From Gammaproteobacteria bacterium (lineage in GTDB: Bacteria > Pseudomonadota > Gammaproteobacteria > Ga0077536), in NCBI GenBank assembly GCA_963662545.2, contig CAXXLL010000003.1, forward strand, positions 1,792,001 to 1,856,000: DNA of 64,000 nucleotides. Direction: 5' to 3'. The notes beneath the pieces were generated by a model. It worked only from the letters and a program-made list of their open reading frames with translations, was not told where the DNA came from and did not search any database. A program made the position numbers and the translations under genes. Below are positions 18,709 through 30,186 of this stretch, piece after piece. Position 1 is the stretch's first letter; the number at the start of each line of letters is the position of its first letter.

Positions 18709-20023
18709 TGCGCCGGCGCCACCACCACATTGCGCCATTAAGGCTTAGTACCAGCGGCAGTCCGACACAGAAAAACAGGAACATCGCCAGGCGCTCCCAC
18801 ATGGCGAGATCCAGTTCGGCATCGAGTACTTTCGGCACGACGATGTCGATCAAGGCATCGTCCGCGGCAAGCCATTCGAGCGTGCGTCGGCCAAATTCCA
18901 GATTCCCCAGGTTTTCAACGTACATGTTCGACAGAAAGTCGCCGTCTCCGATCACAACGATGCGTTGCTCGGCACCCGGTGCGCCGGACTTTTTGCTGAA
19001 GGCGACCGCCAGGCTGAGTTCGCCCTGAATTTCATCGCCGCTGTCGAAACCGACATTCCCCTCGAACGTCCCCGTTTCCGTCCAAGCCGCGCCTTGAGTC
19101 CGGGCCAGGATGGTCACCGACCAGTCGAGATTTGTGCGCACGTGAAGCGCCGTAGCAAATGGAAACACGACCGTCTGATTGAACCCTTCGAAGATGGGGT
19201 GCGCGGGGTGATCGAGCGCTACCGCGTAGGCGGGATTTTTGAATTTCGTCAGACCGACCGGATCGACCACCGTACCTAAATAAGCGACCACGCCCAGCGC
19301 GTGTTCCAGCTTGCCGAGCGCGGCCGGTGCGTCCGGCTCGGTCAACCAGAGTAGGTTGCCGCCATCAGCGAGGTACTCAATGATTTCGTCGGCTTCGGAG
19401 GGCAGGTAAGGCACCGACGGTGAAGCAAGTACGAGTACGGCGGTGTTTTGGGGTATCGCTGCCATCTTGCCAAGGGTGTATTCGCGCAGTCGAAGACCTC
19501 GGCTTTCGAGATATTCCGACAGGCGTGCCAGGTCATGGTTTGCTTTTCGCGCAATGCGCCGTTCTCCGTTGTTGGCAAGAAACGTAATCCAACGATCGGA
19601 TCCGCGCGCAAGTCGGGCCAGTGCGTTCGTTACGTCGCTTTCGCTGAGTTGGGTCAAATGCTGCTTGCGGCCGCCGTACTCGAACAGGATTTCGCCCAGG
19701 TTCGCTTCGCGCCGGTTCGCGGCGCCAAAATCTTTCCGGGGATCGATGAATTTGAGCGTGAACTCCGATTTATGGCGCTGGTAGCGCGCGAAGAAATCGG
19801 CAAGGCTCGATCGCATCGCCGGATCTTCCGGGACATAGGCGGTCACTTCGATCGGATCCGGCAGCAGGCTCAGCACCTCGATGCTCTTTATGTGAAGGGA
19901 GTTGCTTGTATTGCGGGTCAAATCCCGGATCCAGCGGTGCTCATCGGCGAACGTCACCAGTCCGACGGTGAGGGCCAGCAACGCGGCTGGAAGCAAGAGT
20001 CGCAAGGCTTTTCTCAAGACCAT
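18701..20023 (-). CDS. GldG-like ABC transporter auxiliary component
   Basis: N- and C-terminal TM helices, DLTRNTSNSL, GGNLLWL, RIVVIGDGDFLSN. Operonic with the permease and ATPase. Confidence 0.75.
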   Translation of the reverse strand: MVLRKALRLLLPAALLALTVGLVTFADEHRWIRDLTRNTSNSLHIKSIEVLSLLPDPIEVTAYVPEDPAMRSSLADFFARYQRHKSEFTLKFIDPRKDFGAANRREANLGEILFEYGGRKQHLTQLSESDVTNALARLARGSDRWITFLANNGERRIARKANHDLARLSEYLESRGLRLREYTLGKMAAIPQNTAVLVLASPSVPYLPSEADEIIEYLADGGNLLWLTEPDAPAALGKLEHALGVVAYLGTVVDPVGLTKFKNPAYAVALDHPAHPIFEGFNQTVVFPFATALHVRTNLDWSVTILARTQGAAWTETGTFEGNVGFDSGDEIQGELSLAVAFSKKSGAPGAEQRIVVIGDGDFLSNMYVENLGNLEFGRRTLEWLAADDALIDIVVPKVLDAELDLAMWERLAMFLFFCVGLPLVLSLNGAMWWWRRRNA

Positions 20024-20024
20024 C

Positions 20025-20771
20025 TCAGGCCCACTGCCGTTCGCTTTCGACCATCCACACCGCCAAGCTGAAGAACAAGACGGCGACGATGATGAAGTAA
20101 ACGATATCGGCGGAATTGATAAAACCAATCGCGAATCCGCGTAGACGGCCCAGGGTCGACACCGTGCCGAGCGAGGACGAAGCGGGGTCGAGCCGGTTTG
20201 CCCAATCGGCGAACCACAGTGACAGCGACACGATCAGCGCCGCGATGCCGGTCAGAACCGGTTGGCGCGTGATCGCCGAAGCCGCGATACCGAGGCAGCA
20301 ATGGAGCAGGACAAACAGCGCGAGGCCTAGCAGGTTGGTGAAGTAGATCCCGAGGTCAATCGGCGCGCCCCATAACAGCGTCAAGGGAATGAGACCTGCC
20401 AGAAACCACAGGGCGCCGGCGAACGACAGGACCGCGAGCAATTTTCCGGCGACGATGTCGAAAGAGGAAATCGGCGCTGAAAAAAGAAAATCGAGCTTTC
20501 CGTCACGGCGGTCGCTACTGAGGACACCCATGGTCAGCATCGGGGTGACGACGACGACGAGCAACGCCGCGGCGCGAAAATAGGGGATCAAAATGGCGCG
20601 GGTAACACCCTGCGCCTGTAAGTGGGCGTTCAAACCGAGGAATTGCACGGTCAACAGCAAAAATAGAACAGCCATGAAGCTCTGCGCTACAGCCAGCACG
20701 ACCCATGAGAACGGCCGCCGTAAGCTGCGCGTGATTTCGAATCCAGCGATCGCGCGCATCGCCTCGGTCAT
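20025..20771 (-). CDS. ABC-2 type permease (GldF-like)
   Basis: Hydrophobic; PMLTMG...DRRDGKLDFLFSAPI...IVAGK. Confidence 0.85.
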   Translation of the reverse strand: MTEAMRAIAGFEITRSLRRPFSWVVLAVAQSFMAVLFLLLTVQFLGLNAHLQAQGVTRAILIPYFRAAALLVVVVTPMLTMGVLSSDRRDGKLDFLFSAPISSFDIVAGKLLAVLSFAGALWFLAGLIPLTLLWGAPIDLGIYFTNLLGLALFVLLHCCLGIAASAITRQPVLTGIAALIVSLSLWFADWANRLDPASSSLGTVSTLGRLRGFAIGFINSADIVYFIIVAVLFFSLAVWMVESERQWA

Positions 20772-21700
20772 AGGCTTTTTCCCGCCGGCGGATCACCCGT
20801 GGTCAGACGCATAAACAGATGCTCGAGGACGTCGAAATCCGGCTGTAATTCGATGACACCCCAGCCTTCTTCGACCGCCCGCTCCGCTATCGATACGGCG
20901 GCGTTTTCGAGATCGTCGACCTCGAGGCGCCAGGCGCCGTGGTCTTCGGCTGATGCAATTAGCACGCCCTCGATGCCGGTCAGCGAACCGACGTCGACGG
21001 CTTCGCGAAACCGCACCCGCAAGACGCGGGTTTCGGAAACCGCGGGCGCATCATGGACGATGCGCCCGTGATGAAGAATCATGATACGGGTCGCGAGCTT
21101 GCGTACTTCCGGCAGGATGTGAGTTGAGACAATGACCGTGCGTTCGGCGGCGAGGGTTCGGATCAATTCGCGCACGTCACGAATCTGCGCGGGGTCGAGG
21201 CTGGATGTTGGCTCGTCGAGTATCAATACGCTCGGATCGTGCACGATTGCCTGGGCTAATCCAATACGTTGCCGGTAGCCCTTGGACAGATTTCCGATCA
21301 ACCGTGAGCCGACGTCCTCGAGGCCGCAGTGAGCGCGGGCTTTCGCGCTGGCTTCGTGCGCCGCGACGGCCGGTAGTCCGCGCAAACGGGCGCACCAGCC
21401 GAGGTAAGCGTCGACCGTGGCGTCGTCATGCAGCGGCGGAACCTCGGGCAGGTATCCGACGGCCTTTTTAGCCTCGATTGGATCGTCGGACAGGGAACGG
21501 CCGCAGATCTCGACCTGCCCGCCATGGGCGCGCAGGACGCCGGCGAGAATCTTCATGGTCGTCGACTTGCCGGCGCCGTTGGGCCCGAGAAAACCCAGAA
21601 CCTCGCCGCGCCGCAGGGTGACATCGACCGCATGGAGCGCCTGGTGCCTACCGTAAAAACGGTTCAATCCCCGTGCCGACAGCAGGACCTCTTCGACCAT
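20768..21700 (-). CDS. ABC transporter ATP-binding protein (GldA-like)
   Basis: Walker A GPNGAGKSTT, signature LSKGYRQR, Walker B ILDEP. Confidence 0.92.
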   Translation of the reverse strand: MVEEVLLSARGLNRFYGRHQALHAVDVTLRRGEVLGFLGPNGAGKSTTMKILAGVLRAHGGQVEICGRSLSDDPIEAKKAVGYLPEVPPLHDDATVDAYLGWCARLRGLPAVAAHEASAKARAHCGLEDVGSRLIGNLSKGYRQRIGLAQAIVHDPSVLILDEPTSSLDPAQIRDVRELIRTLAAERTVIVSTHILPEVRKLATRIMILHHGRIVHDAPAVSETRVLRVRFREAVDVGSLTGIEGVLIASAEDHGAWRLEVDDLENAAVSIAERAVEEGWGVIELQPDFDVLEHLFMRLTTGDPPAGKSL

Positions 21701-21916
21701 GGCCCGTATTATTGGCGAGGCCGTCCGTCGTGCCAAGAACGCCACGCGACAGCGAACACGCAATGCCGGTATCGTCGGTGCAGGAAATCGCTCAAGGCGA
21801 ACAAAGACGAGGCCGATTACTCTTTAAGCCGCCGCGGGAATGGCCGGCGGAAGTCTCAGCCGCCGGGCGGGAGAAGAGGTAATCCACAGCATGAAGTATG
21901 ATTGCCATGGTCTTAA

Positions 21917-22078
21917 GGAACCTCTGAATAAGTCATGGCACATCTGCCTTGCGCCTGAAATCGCGCAACTCGGCGTTACGAATCTTGCCCATAGTCCCCG
22001 CTATGGCCTGCGATTCGTGCCTTGATTTGCACAATTTCATGAACCATTCAGACGCACCATGACTTATTCAGAGGTTCC
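21917..22078. mobile_element. 162-bp MITE with perfect 22-bp terminal inverted repeats (IS5-like ends)
   Basis: GGAACCTCTGAATAAGTCATGG (21917-21938) and CCATGACTTATTCAGAGGTTCC (22057-22078), flanked by TTAA and GTAA. No transposase inside. Confidence 0.85.
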
Positions 22079-22145
22079 GTAATGAATATTAACGATCCGC
22101 TTGCCGTTTTCGGCCCCGATTGGGGTTAGAGTTGGACGCTCAAAT

Positions 22146-23342
22146 ATGAAGTCGGGGAATCTCATGCTGGAAGGATTGGTGCAATTGCCATGGTGGGGAG
22201 TCGTCGTGGTCGCCCTGGTGTTCACGCATATTACGATCGCGGCGGTCACGATATTTTTGCACCGATGTCAGGCGCATCGCGCGCTCGAATTGCACCCGCT
22301 GATCGCTCATTTTTTCCGTGCGTGGTTATGGTTGACCAGTGGTATGAACACCCGCGAGTGGACAGCGGTGCATCGCAAGCACCACGCGGCGGTAGAGACC
22401 GAGGAAGATCCCCACAGTCCGCAAGTGCATGGGATCCGCACGGTGATGTTGAAAGGTGCGGAGTTGTACCAGGAGAATGCCTCCAACCGGGCTCTCCTGG
22501 AGCGCTACGGCTTCGGTACCCCCGACGACTGGATCGAGCGGCACCTCTACACCCCGCATTCCTTCGTAGGGATCGTCCTGATGTTCATAATGAACGTCGT
22601 CGTGTTCGGCCCTATTGGGATTACGATCTGGGCGGTGCAGATGATCTGGATTCCGATATTCGCGGCCGGCATCATCAACGGTGCCGGGCACTGGTGGGGT
22701 TATCGCAACTTCGAGACCGCGGACGCCTCGACCAACATCGTGCCGTGGGGAATCTTGATCGGCGGCGAAGAGCTGCACAACAACCACCACGCGTTCGCCA
22801 GCTCGGCCAAATTTTCAGTAAGGCCCTGGGAGTTCGATCTCGGGTGGTTCTACGTGCGATTGATGCAAACTTGTGGACTGGCCGAGATCCACACCTTGGC
22901 GCCGGGGTGTCCCGTGGTCGATCGGACGAAACCGGTCCCGGATTTCGAAACCCTCAAGGCCGTGGTGGGCAACCGGCTGCACGTGATGGCCGACTACGGC
23001 CGCATGGTGGTCAAGCGGGTGCACAAAGAAGAGCTGCGTAACGCAGCGGCCGACATCCGCCGGATGCTTAAACCGCTGCGGCCGCTCATGCTCCGCGCGG
23101 AAGAACGCTTGAACGATCTCGAGCGCGGCACCTTGAGGGATGCTTTGGCGCAGAGCAAGCCACTCGAAGTCGTGTACCGTTTCAGGCTTCAACTGCAGGA
23201 GATCTATGAGCAGCGCACCGCCAGCCGTGAAAGCTTGCTCGATTCCCTACAGGAGTGGTGCCGTCACGCCGAGGCGACGGGGATCAAGGCGCTGGAAGAT
23301 TTCGCGCAGACCCTGCGCGGCTATACTCTGCAGCCCGCCTAG
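22146..23342 (+). CDS. desA: DesA-type delta-9 fatty acid desaturase
   Basis: His boxes HRCQAH, HRKHH and HNNHH, TM helices, C-terminal helical domain ending WC..AE..GI..L..F. Confidence 0.88.
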   Translation: MKSGNLMLEGLVQLPWWGVVVVALVFTHITIAAVTIFLHRCQAHRALELHPLIAHFFRAWLWLTSGMNTREWTAVHRKHHAAVETEEDPHSPQVHGIRTVMLKGAELYQENASNRALLERYGFGTPDDWIERHLYTPHSFVGIVLMFIMNVVVFGPIGITIWAVQMIWIPIFAAGIINGAGHWWGYRNFETADASTNIVPWGILIGGEELHNNHHAFASSAKFSVRPWEFDLGWFYVRLMQTCGLAEIHTLAPGCPVVDRTKPVPDFETLKAVVGNRLHVMADYGRMVVKRVHKEELRNAAADIRRMLKPLRPLMLRAEERLNDLERGTLRDALAQSKPLEVVYRFRLQLQEIYEQRTASRESLLDSLQEWCRHAEATGIKALEDFAQTLRGYTLQPA

Positions 23343-23350
23343 AATTACGG

Positions 23351-23506
23351 CTACTTGATCTTCGCTTCCTTGTACATCACGTGTTTGCGTACCACGGGAT
23401 CGTACTTCATGCGTTCGAGCTTTTCCGGATGCGTCCGCTTGTTCTTGGTCGTGGTGTAGTAATGCCCGGTGCCGGCACTGGATACGAGTTTGATTTTATC
23501 CTGCAT
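23351..23506 (-). CDS. rpmG: 50S ribosomal protein L33 (not in the supplied ORF track)
   Basis: Manual translation [51 protein letters not shown]; RBS AGGAG; downstream of rpmB. Confidence 0.97.
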   Translation of the reverse strand: MQDKIKLVSSAGTGHYYTTTKNKRTHPEKLERMKYDPVVRKHVMYKEAKIK

Positions 23507-23523
23507 GACGAACTCCTAGCGGG

Positions 23524-23760
23524 CTAGATTTTTTCGCCGCGCGCGCGGATCTTTTTCAATACACTCTCGATGCCGAGCTTGTCGATAATGCGCATGCCCT
23601 TGCGGCTGACCCGCAGACGAACCCAACGCTTTTCACTTTCGACCCAGAAGCGGTGCGAATGTAGGTTGGGCAAGAAACGCCGCCGTGTACGGTTGTGCGC
23701 GTGCGAGACGTTATTGCCGGCTTGCGGCCGTTTACCCGTAACTTGGCATACGCGAGACAT
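23524..23760 (-). CDS. rpmB: 50S ribosomal protein L28
   Basis: [21 protein letters not shown]...RRFLPNL. Confidence 0.98.
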   Translation of the reverse strand: MSRVCQVTGKRPQAGNNVSHAHNRTRRRFLPNLHSHRFWVESEKRWVRLRVSRKGMRIIDKLGIESVLKKIRARGEKI

Positions 23761-23892
23761 GATGAATTCCTAACGGGTTCCGGAGAAGGCGCGCAATTTT
23801 AGCCGACTTATGCACGAGGGCCAAGCCGCGCATAGAACTGCAAGAAAACGGCCTCCGGCACGCAAGCGATTCAGAGGTTTCTTAGCTTCTAA

Positions 23893-24567
23893 TCAAAGCA
23901 GGCCTAATTCAGCCATGGATACGACGTCGCGCTCGCCGACGATCAGGTGGTCGAGCACGCGCACGTCCACCATGCCCGCCGCTTCGACGATCCGCTGGGT
24001 TATGGCGCGATCGGCGGCGCTCGGCTCAGCGACGCCGGACGGGTGATTGTGAGCGAGAATGACGGCGGCGCAGTTGAGTTCCAGGCACGCCCGGATGATT
24101 TCACGCGGGTGGACCTGGGTGCTGTCCACCGACCCGAAAAACAACTCCCGGAACGCGATAACGCGGTGCCGGGTGTCGAGAAAGAGGCACGCGAAAACCT
24201 CGCGACGGTACGCCTTCATGCGCGAAATCAGGTAGGTGCCTGCGTCCGAGGGGGTCTGCAGCGGGCCGTCGCGCTTGAGCGTGGCGTAGACGTAGCGTTG
24301 GCTGAGTTCGAGCGCAGCCTTGATGGTGGCGAACCCCGCCGGCCCGCAGCCGGGTAGGCTGCAGAAGGTCAGGAGATCGGCTTCGAGCAGTTCACGCAGG
24401 CTACCGGACGAGCTCAAAAGGGCCCGCGCGAGGCTGACGGCATCGTTTCTGGGGGTTCCATGGCGCAACAGAATCGCCAGAAGTTCGGCATCAGACAGGG
24501 TTCGGGCACCGTCTGCGAGCAGCTTCTCGCGGGGTCTTTCGCCGCTGGGCCAATCCTTGATCTTCAT
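23893..24567 (-). CDS. radC: RadC family JAB domain protein
   Basis: IKDWP..ERPREKL, LSDAELLA, AHNHPSG, VLDHLIVG. Confidence 0.95.
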   Translation of the reverse strand: MKIKDWPSGERPREKLLADGARTLSDAELLAILLRHGTPRNDAVSLARALLSSSGSLRELLEADLLTFCSLPGCGPAGFATIKAALELSQRYVYATLKRDGPLQTPSDAGTYLISRMKAYRREVFACLFLDTRHRVIAFRELFFGSVDSTQVHPREIIRACLELNCAAVILAHNHPSGVAEPSAADRAITQRIVEAAGMVDVRVLDHLIVGERDVVSMAELGLL

Positions 24568-24664
24568 CGCTGATCCCCTCCGTGGGATAGGGCAGAGCCT
24601 ACTGCAAAAGTATATGGATTCGCGGCCTTCGGGTAAAATCTGGCAAAACGGACGGCACCCGGAT

Positions 24665-25873
24665 ATGAGCACTCTCAACGCCAAGCGCGTCATCCTGATC
24701 GTGACGGGAGGCATAGCCGCCTACAAGGCGCCGGACGTGGTACGGCGGCTGCGAGAGGCAGGCGCCGAAGTCCGTGTCGTCATGACGCCCGCCGCCACGA
24801 AGTTTATAACCCCGCTGACCTTGCAGGCAGTTTCCGGTTTCGAGGTTCGTACGCAACTGTTCGACAGCGCGGCCGAGGCGGCGATGGGCCATATCGAACT
24901 CGCGCGTTGGGCCGACGCCGTCGTCATTGCGCCCGCAAGCGCCGACTTTCTCGCCCGCCTACGATTCGGTCGGGCGGATGAATTGGCCAGCGCGCTGTGC
25001 CTTGCCACGGAAGCGCCCGTCCTGGCCGCACCCGCCATGAATCAGCAGATGTGGCAGCATCCGGCGACGGCGGAGAATCTTGCGCAACTGGCTGCACGGG
25101 GGGTCGTGCTCGCGGGGCCCGCCGAGGGCGACCAGGCCTGCGGAGAAGTCGGACCCGGACGCATGCTGGAAGCGCCAGACATCGTCAGCGCGGCCGCGGC
25201 GCTGTTCAAGAACCAGCGGCTTGCCGGCTGTCGAGTTTTGATCACCGCCGGACCCACCCACGAACCGATCGATCCGGTCCGCTATATCACCAACTACAGT
25301 TCCGGAAAGATGGGATACGCGGTAGCCGAAGCCGCGCTCGATGCCGGCGGCGCCGTCACGCTGGTCAGCGGGCCGACCGGCCTTATACCACCCGCGGCCG
25401 CCACCACCGTAGAGGTTTCGACGGCACAGGAGATGTGTGAGGCCGTGATGAGCCGTGTGGCGAACAGTGACATCTTTATCGCGACGGCAGCGGTCGCGGA
25501 TTACCGCCCGGATACAACGCGATCGCATAAGATCAAACGCAACGCCTCGCCAATGGCGCTCAATCTGGTTCCGAATGAGGACATTCTTCGCAAGGTTGCT
25601 CATTCCCCGCATCCACCGTTTACCGTCGGCTTTGCCGCCGAAACCGAAAATGTCGAACACAATGCCCGATCCAAGCTGGCATCGAAGTCCCTCGACATGA
25701 TCGCGGCCAACTTGGTGGGTGGGCCGAATACCGGATTTAATGCCGATGAAAACGAGCTGCTGGTGATCTGGCGGGACGGCATGCAGAATTTGCCGCGCGC
25801 GTCCAAGGCGCGCATCGCGCGTAGCCTCGTAGACTTGATCTCTGAACGGATCGAGCAATCCGGTAGAAACTGA
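24665..25873 (+). CDS. coaBC: Phosphopantothenoylcysteine decarboxylase/ligase
   Basis: TGGIAAYK, GHIELARWAD, PAMNQQMW, TAGPTHEPIDPVRYITNYSSGKMG, VGFAAET. Confidence 0.97.
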   Translation: MSTLNAKRVILIVTGGIAAYKAPDVVRRLREAGAEVRVVMTPAATKFITPLTLQAVSGFEVRTQLFDSAAEAAMGHIELARWADAVVIAPASADFLARLRFGRADELASALCLATEAPVLAAPAMNQQMWQHPATAENLAQLAARGVVLAGPAEGDQACGEVGPGRMLEAPDIVSAAAALFKNQRLAGCRVLITAGPTHEPIDPVRYITNYSSGKMGYAVAEAALDAGGAVTLVSGPTGLIPPAAATTVEVSTAQEMCEAVMSRVANSDIFIATAAVADYRPDTTRSHKIKRNASPMALNLVPNEDILRKVAHSPHPPFTVGFAAETENVEHNARSKLASKSLDMIAANLVGGPNTGFNADENELLVIWRDGMQNLPRASKARIARSLVDLISERIEQSGRN

Positions 25874-25969
25874 ATTCGCCGGATCGCGGTGATGTATTCG
25901 CAGAGGTGAACTTGTACACTTGCCGGGCCAGTCCGCGGCTGCGATAGATACGCTAAAGCATCTCGAAAA

Positions 25970-28522
25970 ATGAAGAAAAATTTCGTCAGCGCGGGCGCTT
26001 TCTCTCAGCTCATCGAGCGCATTCCGCGGCGGATTTTAATCGCCGCCATCGCGGGCATGCTTTTGCTGATCGTCGGCGGCATCCTGGTCAATATCCTCTA
26101 TAGCAGCAAGAGTGGGTCCACCAGCAAAGCGGTGGCTTCCGCCTACCAGGAACTCGCCCGTGGCCTCGCCATCGAAATTTCGGTTGCGCTCGATCCGTAT
26201 GAACTGGCCCTCGAGGAGATCGCCGCCAATGCCGATGTCCGGGCCGCGCTGTCGGCCGGCGATACCGATGCGTTGAGTGCCTTCGGTACACAGCTTGCCC
26301 CCCCACTCGATGGCGTACTCAAGCTTCGCATCCTCCTGCCCAACTGGCGCGACCCGGAGCCCAATGCAGTTCCGCCGCTGACTTTCGCGTCGATATCGAT
26401 GATCAAGAAAGCCCGCGACACGGGTCACGACGTGCCAACGGAAGTGCACCTCGCGGGAAACGAAAACGAACACGTCGTTTTCCTCAAGCGGATCGAGGCG
26501 CTGAAGGAGACAGCCGATGTTTTCCAGTTCGCTGGTTTTCTTCACCTGAGTGTCGATCCCGACGTCGTACGTCGAACCCTTACGGCTAATCCGCCGGCCG
26601 ATGTATTTGTTGAAATTCGCCAGGGTCCGGGTGTCGCCATTGCATCGAGCGGCATCCAACCCCAGAGCGACTCGCCCTCGACGAGCACGAACGTCAAAGG
26701 CACCCGCATGGCAGTCATATTGAAGGCGACGGGCATGGTCGAGAGCGGCAGCGCATCTGAATCCGGCGGCGGTTCGATATTGATGGGTTTCGCGCTGCTC
26801 GGGGCTGTCGCTGCGGGCTTATGGGTCTATCTGTCCCGGCGCGGCACGGGTGTCACCGTCGGCAGCCTGCCGAGCGACGCCGTGATATTCCAGGGCGCCA
26901 TCAAAGCGATCCTGGATGGCGCCCATCCCGGACTCGAACAATTGCTCCCCGGTGCAGCCGGCGGCGGTGCTAGCCTGGATCTCGAAGTCCTCGCTGAACG
27001 CGCCGAGCTTGAGGACGCGACGAAAATCAAAAGCGCGAGCGCGCCCGACGAAGATACGACCGTACCCCGAACCGGCGAGGATGTGCCGCCGCTCGGTGAC
27101 GTCAAAGCCGCAGCCGAAACGCCGGAGGAGACCAAAGAGGCCGCCAACATTCCGTCCTCGATATTCCGTACCTACGATATCCGCGGGATCGTCGACGAAA
27201 CCCTGACTGAGGAGGGGGTGTATTTCATCGGCCGGGCGCTCGGCGCCGAAGCCGAAGTGCGCGGCCAAAAAACGATCGTCGTTGCGCGCGACGGTCGGCA
27301 TTCGAGCGAGCTTTTGAGAGACGCGCTGACGAAAGGACTGCTCGAATCCGGGCGCGACGTACTGGACATCGGCTTGACTCCGACGCCGGTGCTTTATTTC
27401 GCGACTCATTATCTCGATGCTCACAGCGGAGTCATGATCACCGGCAGCCACAATCCTCCGACCTACAATGGGCTCAAGATAGTGCTCGACGGTGAAACCT
27501 TGTCCGGCGACGCGATCCAGGCGATTCGTCGCCGCATCGAGACCCAGGAATTCGTCGACGGTACGGGCTCCATGCAGTCGGCCGAAATCGTGCCGGATTA
27601 CATACGGCGGATCAGCGAAGAGATCCCCGTTACGCTTGGCAACGCACTCAAGGTGGTCGTCGATTGCGGCAACAGCGTTCCCGGCATCGTCGCGCCGGCC
27701 ATACTGCGGGCCATCGGGCACGATGTGATCGAGCTTTTCTGCGAAGTGGACGGCGATTTTCCCAATCACCACCCCGACCCATCGCAACCCGAGAACCTGC
27801 AATCGCTGATCGATACAGTCGCCGAGGAGAGCGCCGATCTTGGTTTGGCTTTCGACGGCGACGGCGATCGTCTTGGAGTGATCGATGGCGAAGGCAATAT
27901 CATCTGGCCGGATCGACAAATGATCCTATTTGCCCGTGACGTTCTGAGTCGCAATCCTGGGGCGAAGATTATTTTTGACGTGAAATGCTCACGCCTGCTC
28001 ACATCCGAGATCACCGCGCACGGTGGGGAACCGATCATGTCAAAGACCGGTCATTCGCTGATCAAAGCAAAAATGGTCGAAACCGGTGCCCTGCTGGCTG
28101 GCGAGATGAGCGGGCATATCTTTTTCAAGGAACGCTGGTACGGATTCGACGACGCGCTATATGCGGCAGCAAGATTGCTCGAGATCCTGGTGAACAGCAG
28201 CGAGTCGCCGGCGGAAGTTTTTGCGGGCCTCCCGGCTGGTGTGGCTACGCCCGAACTGCGCCTCGACATGCCCGAAGAGCGCCATGTCGAATTCATGCAG
28301 AAGGTTCTGGCGAGCGCTAGTTTCGATGACGCTGAAGTTAGCACAGTGGACGGTCTGCGCGTCGATCTCAGCGATTCATGGGGTCTGATTCGAGCGTCGA
28401 ATACCACGCCCTGCCTCATCTTGAGATTTGAGGGCGACGATGAAGCTGCGCTCGAAAACGTGAAGAAACGCTTTCGCGATCTGCTGACCGGTATCGATGC
28501 CGGTCTGTCACTGCCATTTTGA
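25970..28522 (+). CDS. algC: Phosphomannomutase/phosphoglucomutase with long N-terminal membrane-anchored extension
   Basis: IFRTYDIRG, TGSHNP, DGDGDR, GEMSGH and RASNT in the C-terminal ~460 aa. Two TM segments and a linker lie N-terminal to this. Confidence 0.92.
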   Translation: MKKNFVSAGAFSQLIERIPRRILIAAIAGMLLLIVGGILVNILYSSKSGSTSKAVASAYQELARGLAIEISVALDPYELALEEIAANADVRAALSAGDTDALSAFGTQLAPPLDGVLKLRILLPNWRDPEPNAVPPLTFASISMIKKARDTGHDVPTEVHLAGNENEHVVFLKRIEALKETADVFQFAGFLHLSVDPDVVRRTLTANPPADVFVEIRQGPGVAIASSGIQPQSDSPSTSTNVKGTRMAVILKATGMVESGSASESGGGSILMGFALLGAVAAGLWVYLSRRGTGVTVGSLPSDAVIFQGAIKAILDGAHPGLEQLLPGAAGGGASLDLEVLAERAELEDATKIKSASAPDEDTTVPRTGEDVPPLGDVKAAAETPEETKEAANIPSSIFRTYDIRGIVDETLTEEGVYFIGRALGAEAEVRGQKTIVVARDGRHSSELLRDALTKGLLESGRDVLDIGLTPTPVLYFATHYLDAHSGVMITGSHNPPTYNGLKIVLDGETLSGDAIQAIRRRIETQEFVDGTGSMQSAEIVPDYIRRISEEIPVTLGNALKVVVDCGNSVPGIVAPAILRAIGHDVIELFCEVDGDFPNHHPDPSQPENLQSLIDTVAEESADLGLAFDGDGDRLGVIDGEGNIIWPDRQMILFARDVLSRNPGAKIIFDVKCSRLLTSEITAHGGEPIMSKTGHSLIKAKMVETGALLAGEMSGHIFFKERWYGFDDALYAAARLLEILVNSSESPAEVFAGLPAGVATPELRLDMPEERHVEFMQKVLASASFDDAEVSTVDGLRVDLSDSWGLIRASNTTPCLILRFEGDDEAALENVKKRFRDLLTGIDAGLSLPF

Positions 28523-29467
<945 letters not shown>

Positions 29468-29470
29468 TGT

Positions 29471-30058
29471 GTGAAAACAAACCGCCGGCGTCAGATCCTC
29501 GAAGTACTCGCAAGTGAACTCGAAACCAAGCCGGGCTCGCGTGTCACGACGGCAACGCTGGCTTCAGCGGTAGGTGTCTCTGAAGCCGCGCTGTACCGAC
29601 ATTTCGCCAGCAAAGCGAAGATGTTCGAGGCTTTGATCGAGTTTGCCGAGGATTCGATCTTCAGCCTTTTCAACCAGGTGATGGAGGAGCAGAAAGACGC
29701 CCGCACGCGCTGCTTGCATCTGTCGACGGCGCTACTCGAGTTTGCCGAACGAAATCCCGGGATCGCCAGGGTACTGGTCGGCGACATTCTCGTCGGCGAG
29801 CACGAACGCCTGCGCGTCCGAGTTTCCCAATTTTTTGCACGTGTTGAAACCCAATTCAAGCAGGTGTTTCGCGAAGCTGCCCTGACCGATGGTCGAGCAC
29901 GAGACAGCAGCACCGTTGCCGCGATGGCGAATCTGCTGCTGTGCGTGGTCGCCGGGCGGCTCGATCAATTCATCCGCACGGATTTCGAAGCCCTGCCGGC
30001 GCGGGGCTGGGCTACGCAGTGGCAGTTGTTGTGCGCGGGGTTGTTCCAGGAGGGATGA
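29471..30058 (+). CDS. slmA: Nucleoid occlusion factor SlmA (TetR family)
   Basis: RRRQILEVLA, VGVSEAALYRHFASKAKMFE, AERNPG; follows argB. Confidence 0.92.
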   Translation: MKTNRRRQILEVLASELETKPGSRVTTATLASAVGVSEAALYRHFASKAKMFEALIEFAEDSIFSLFNQVMEEQKDARTRCLHLSTALLEFAERNPGIARVLVGDILVGEHERLRVRVSQFFARVETQFKQVFREAALTDGRARDSSTVAAMANLLLCVVAGRLDQFIRTDFEALPARGWATQWQLLCAGLFQEG

Positions 30059-30186
30059 GGTGTGGCGTTTCCGCGCGAACCGGGTCTCGCGTTGTGAGGC
30101 GTTTGAGCATAAAACCACTTTGCCCTGCGCCTTGTCATCAACGTTTTCAGAATGCAACGCGTACGCGAATAATTTTGCGATAGATT

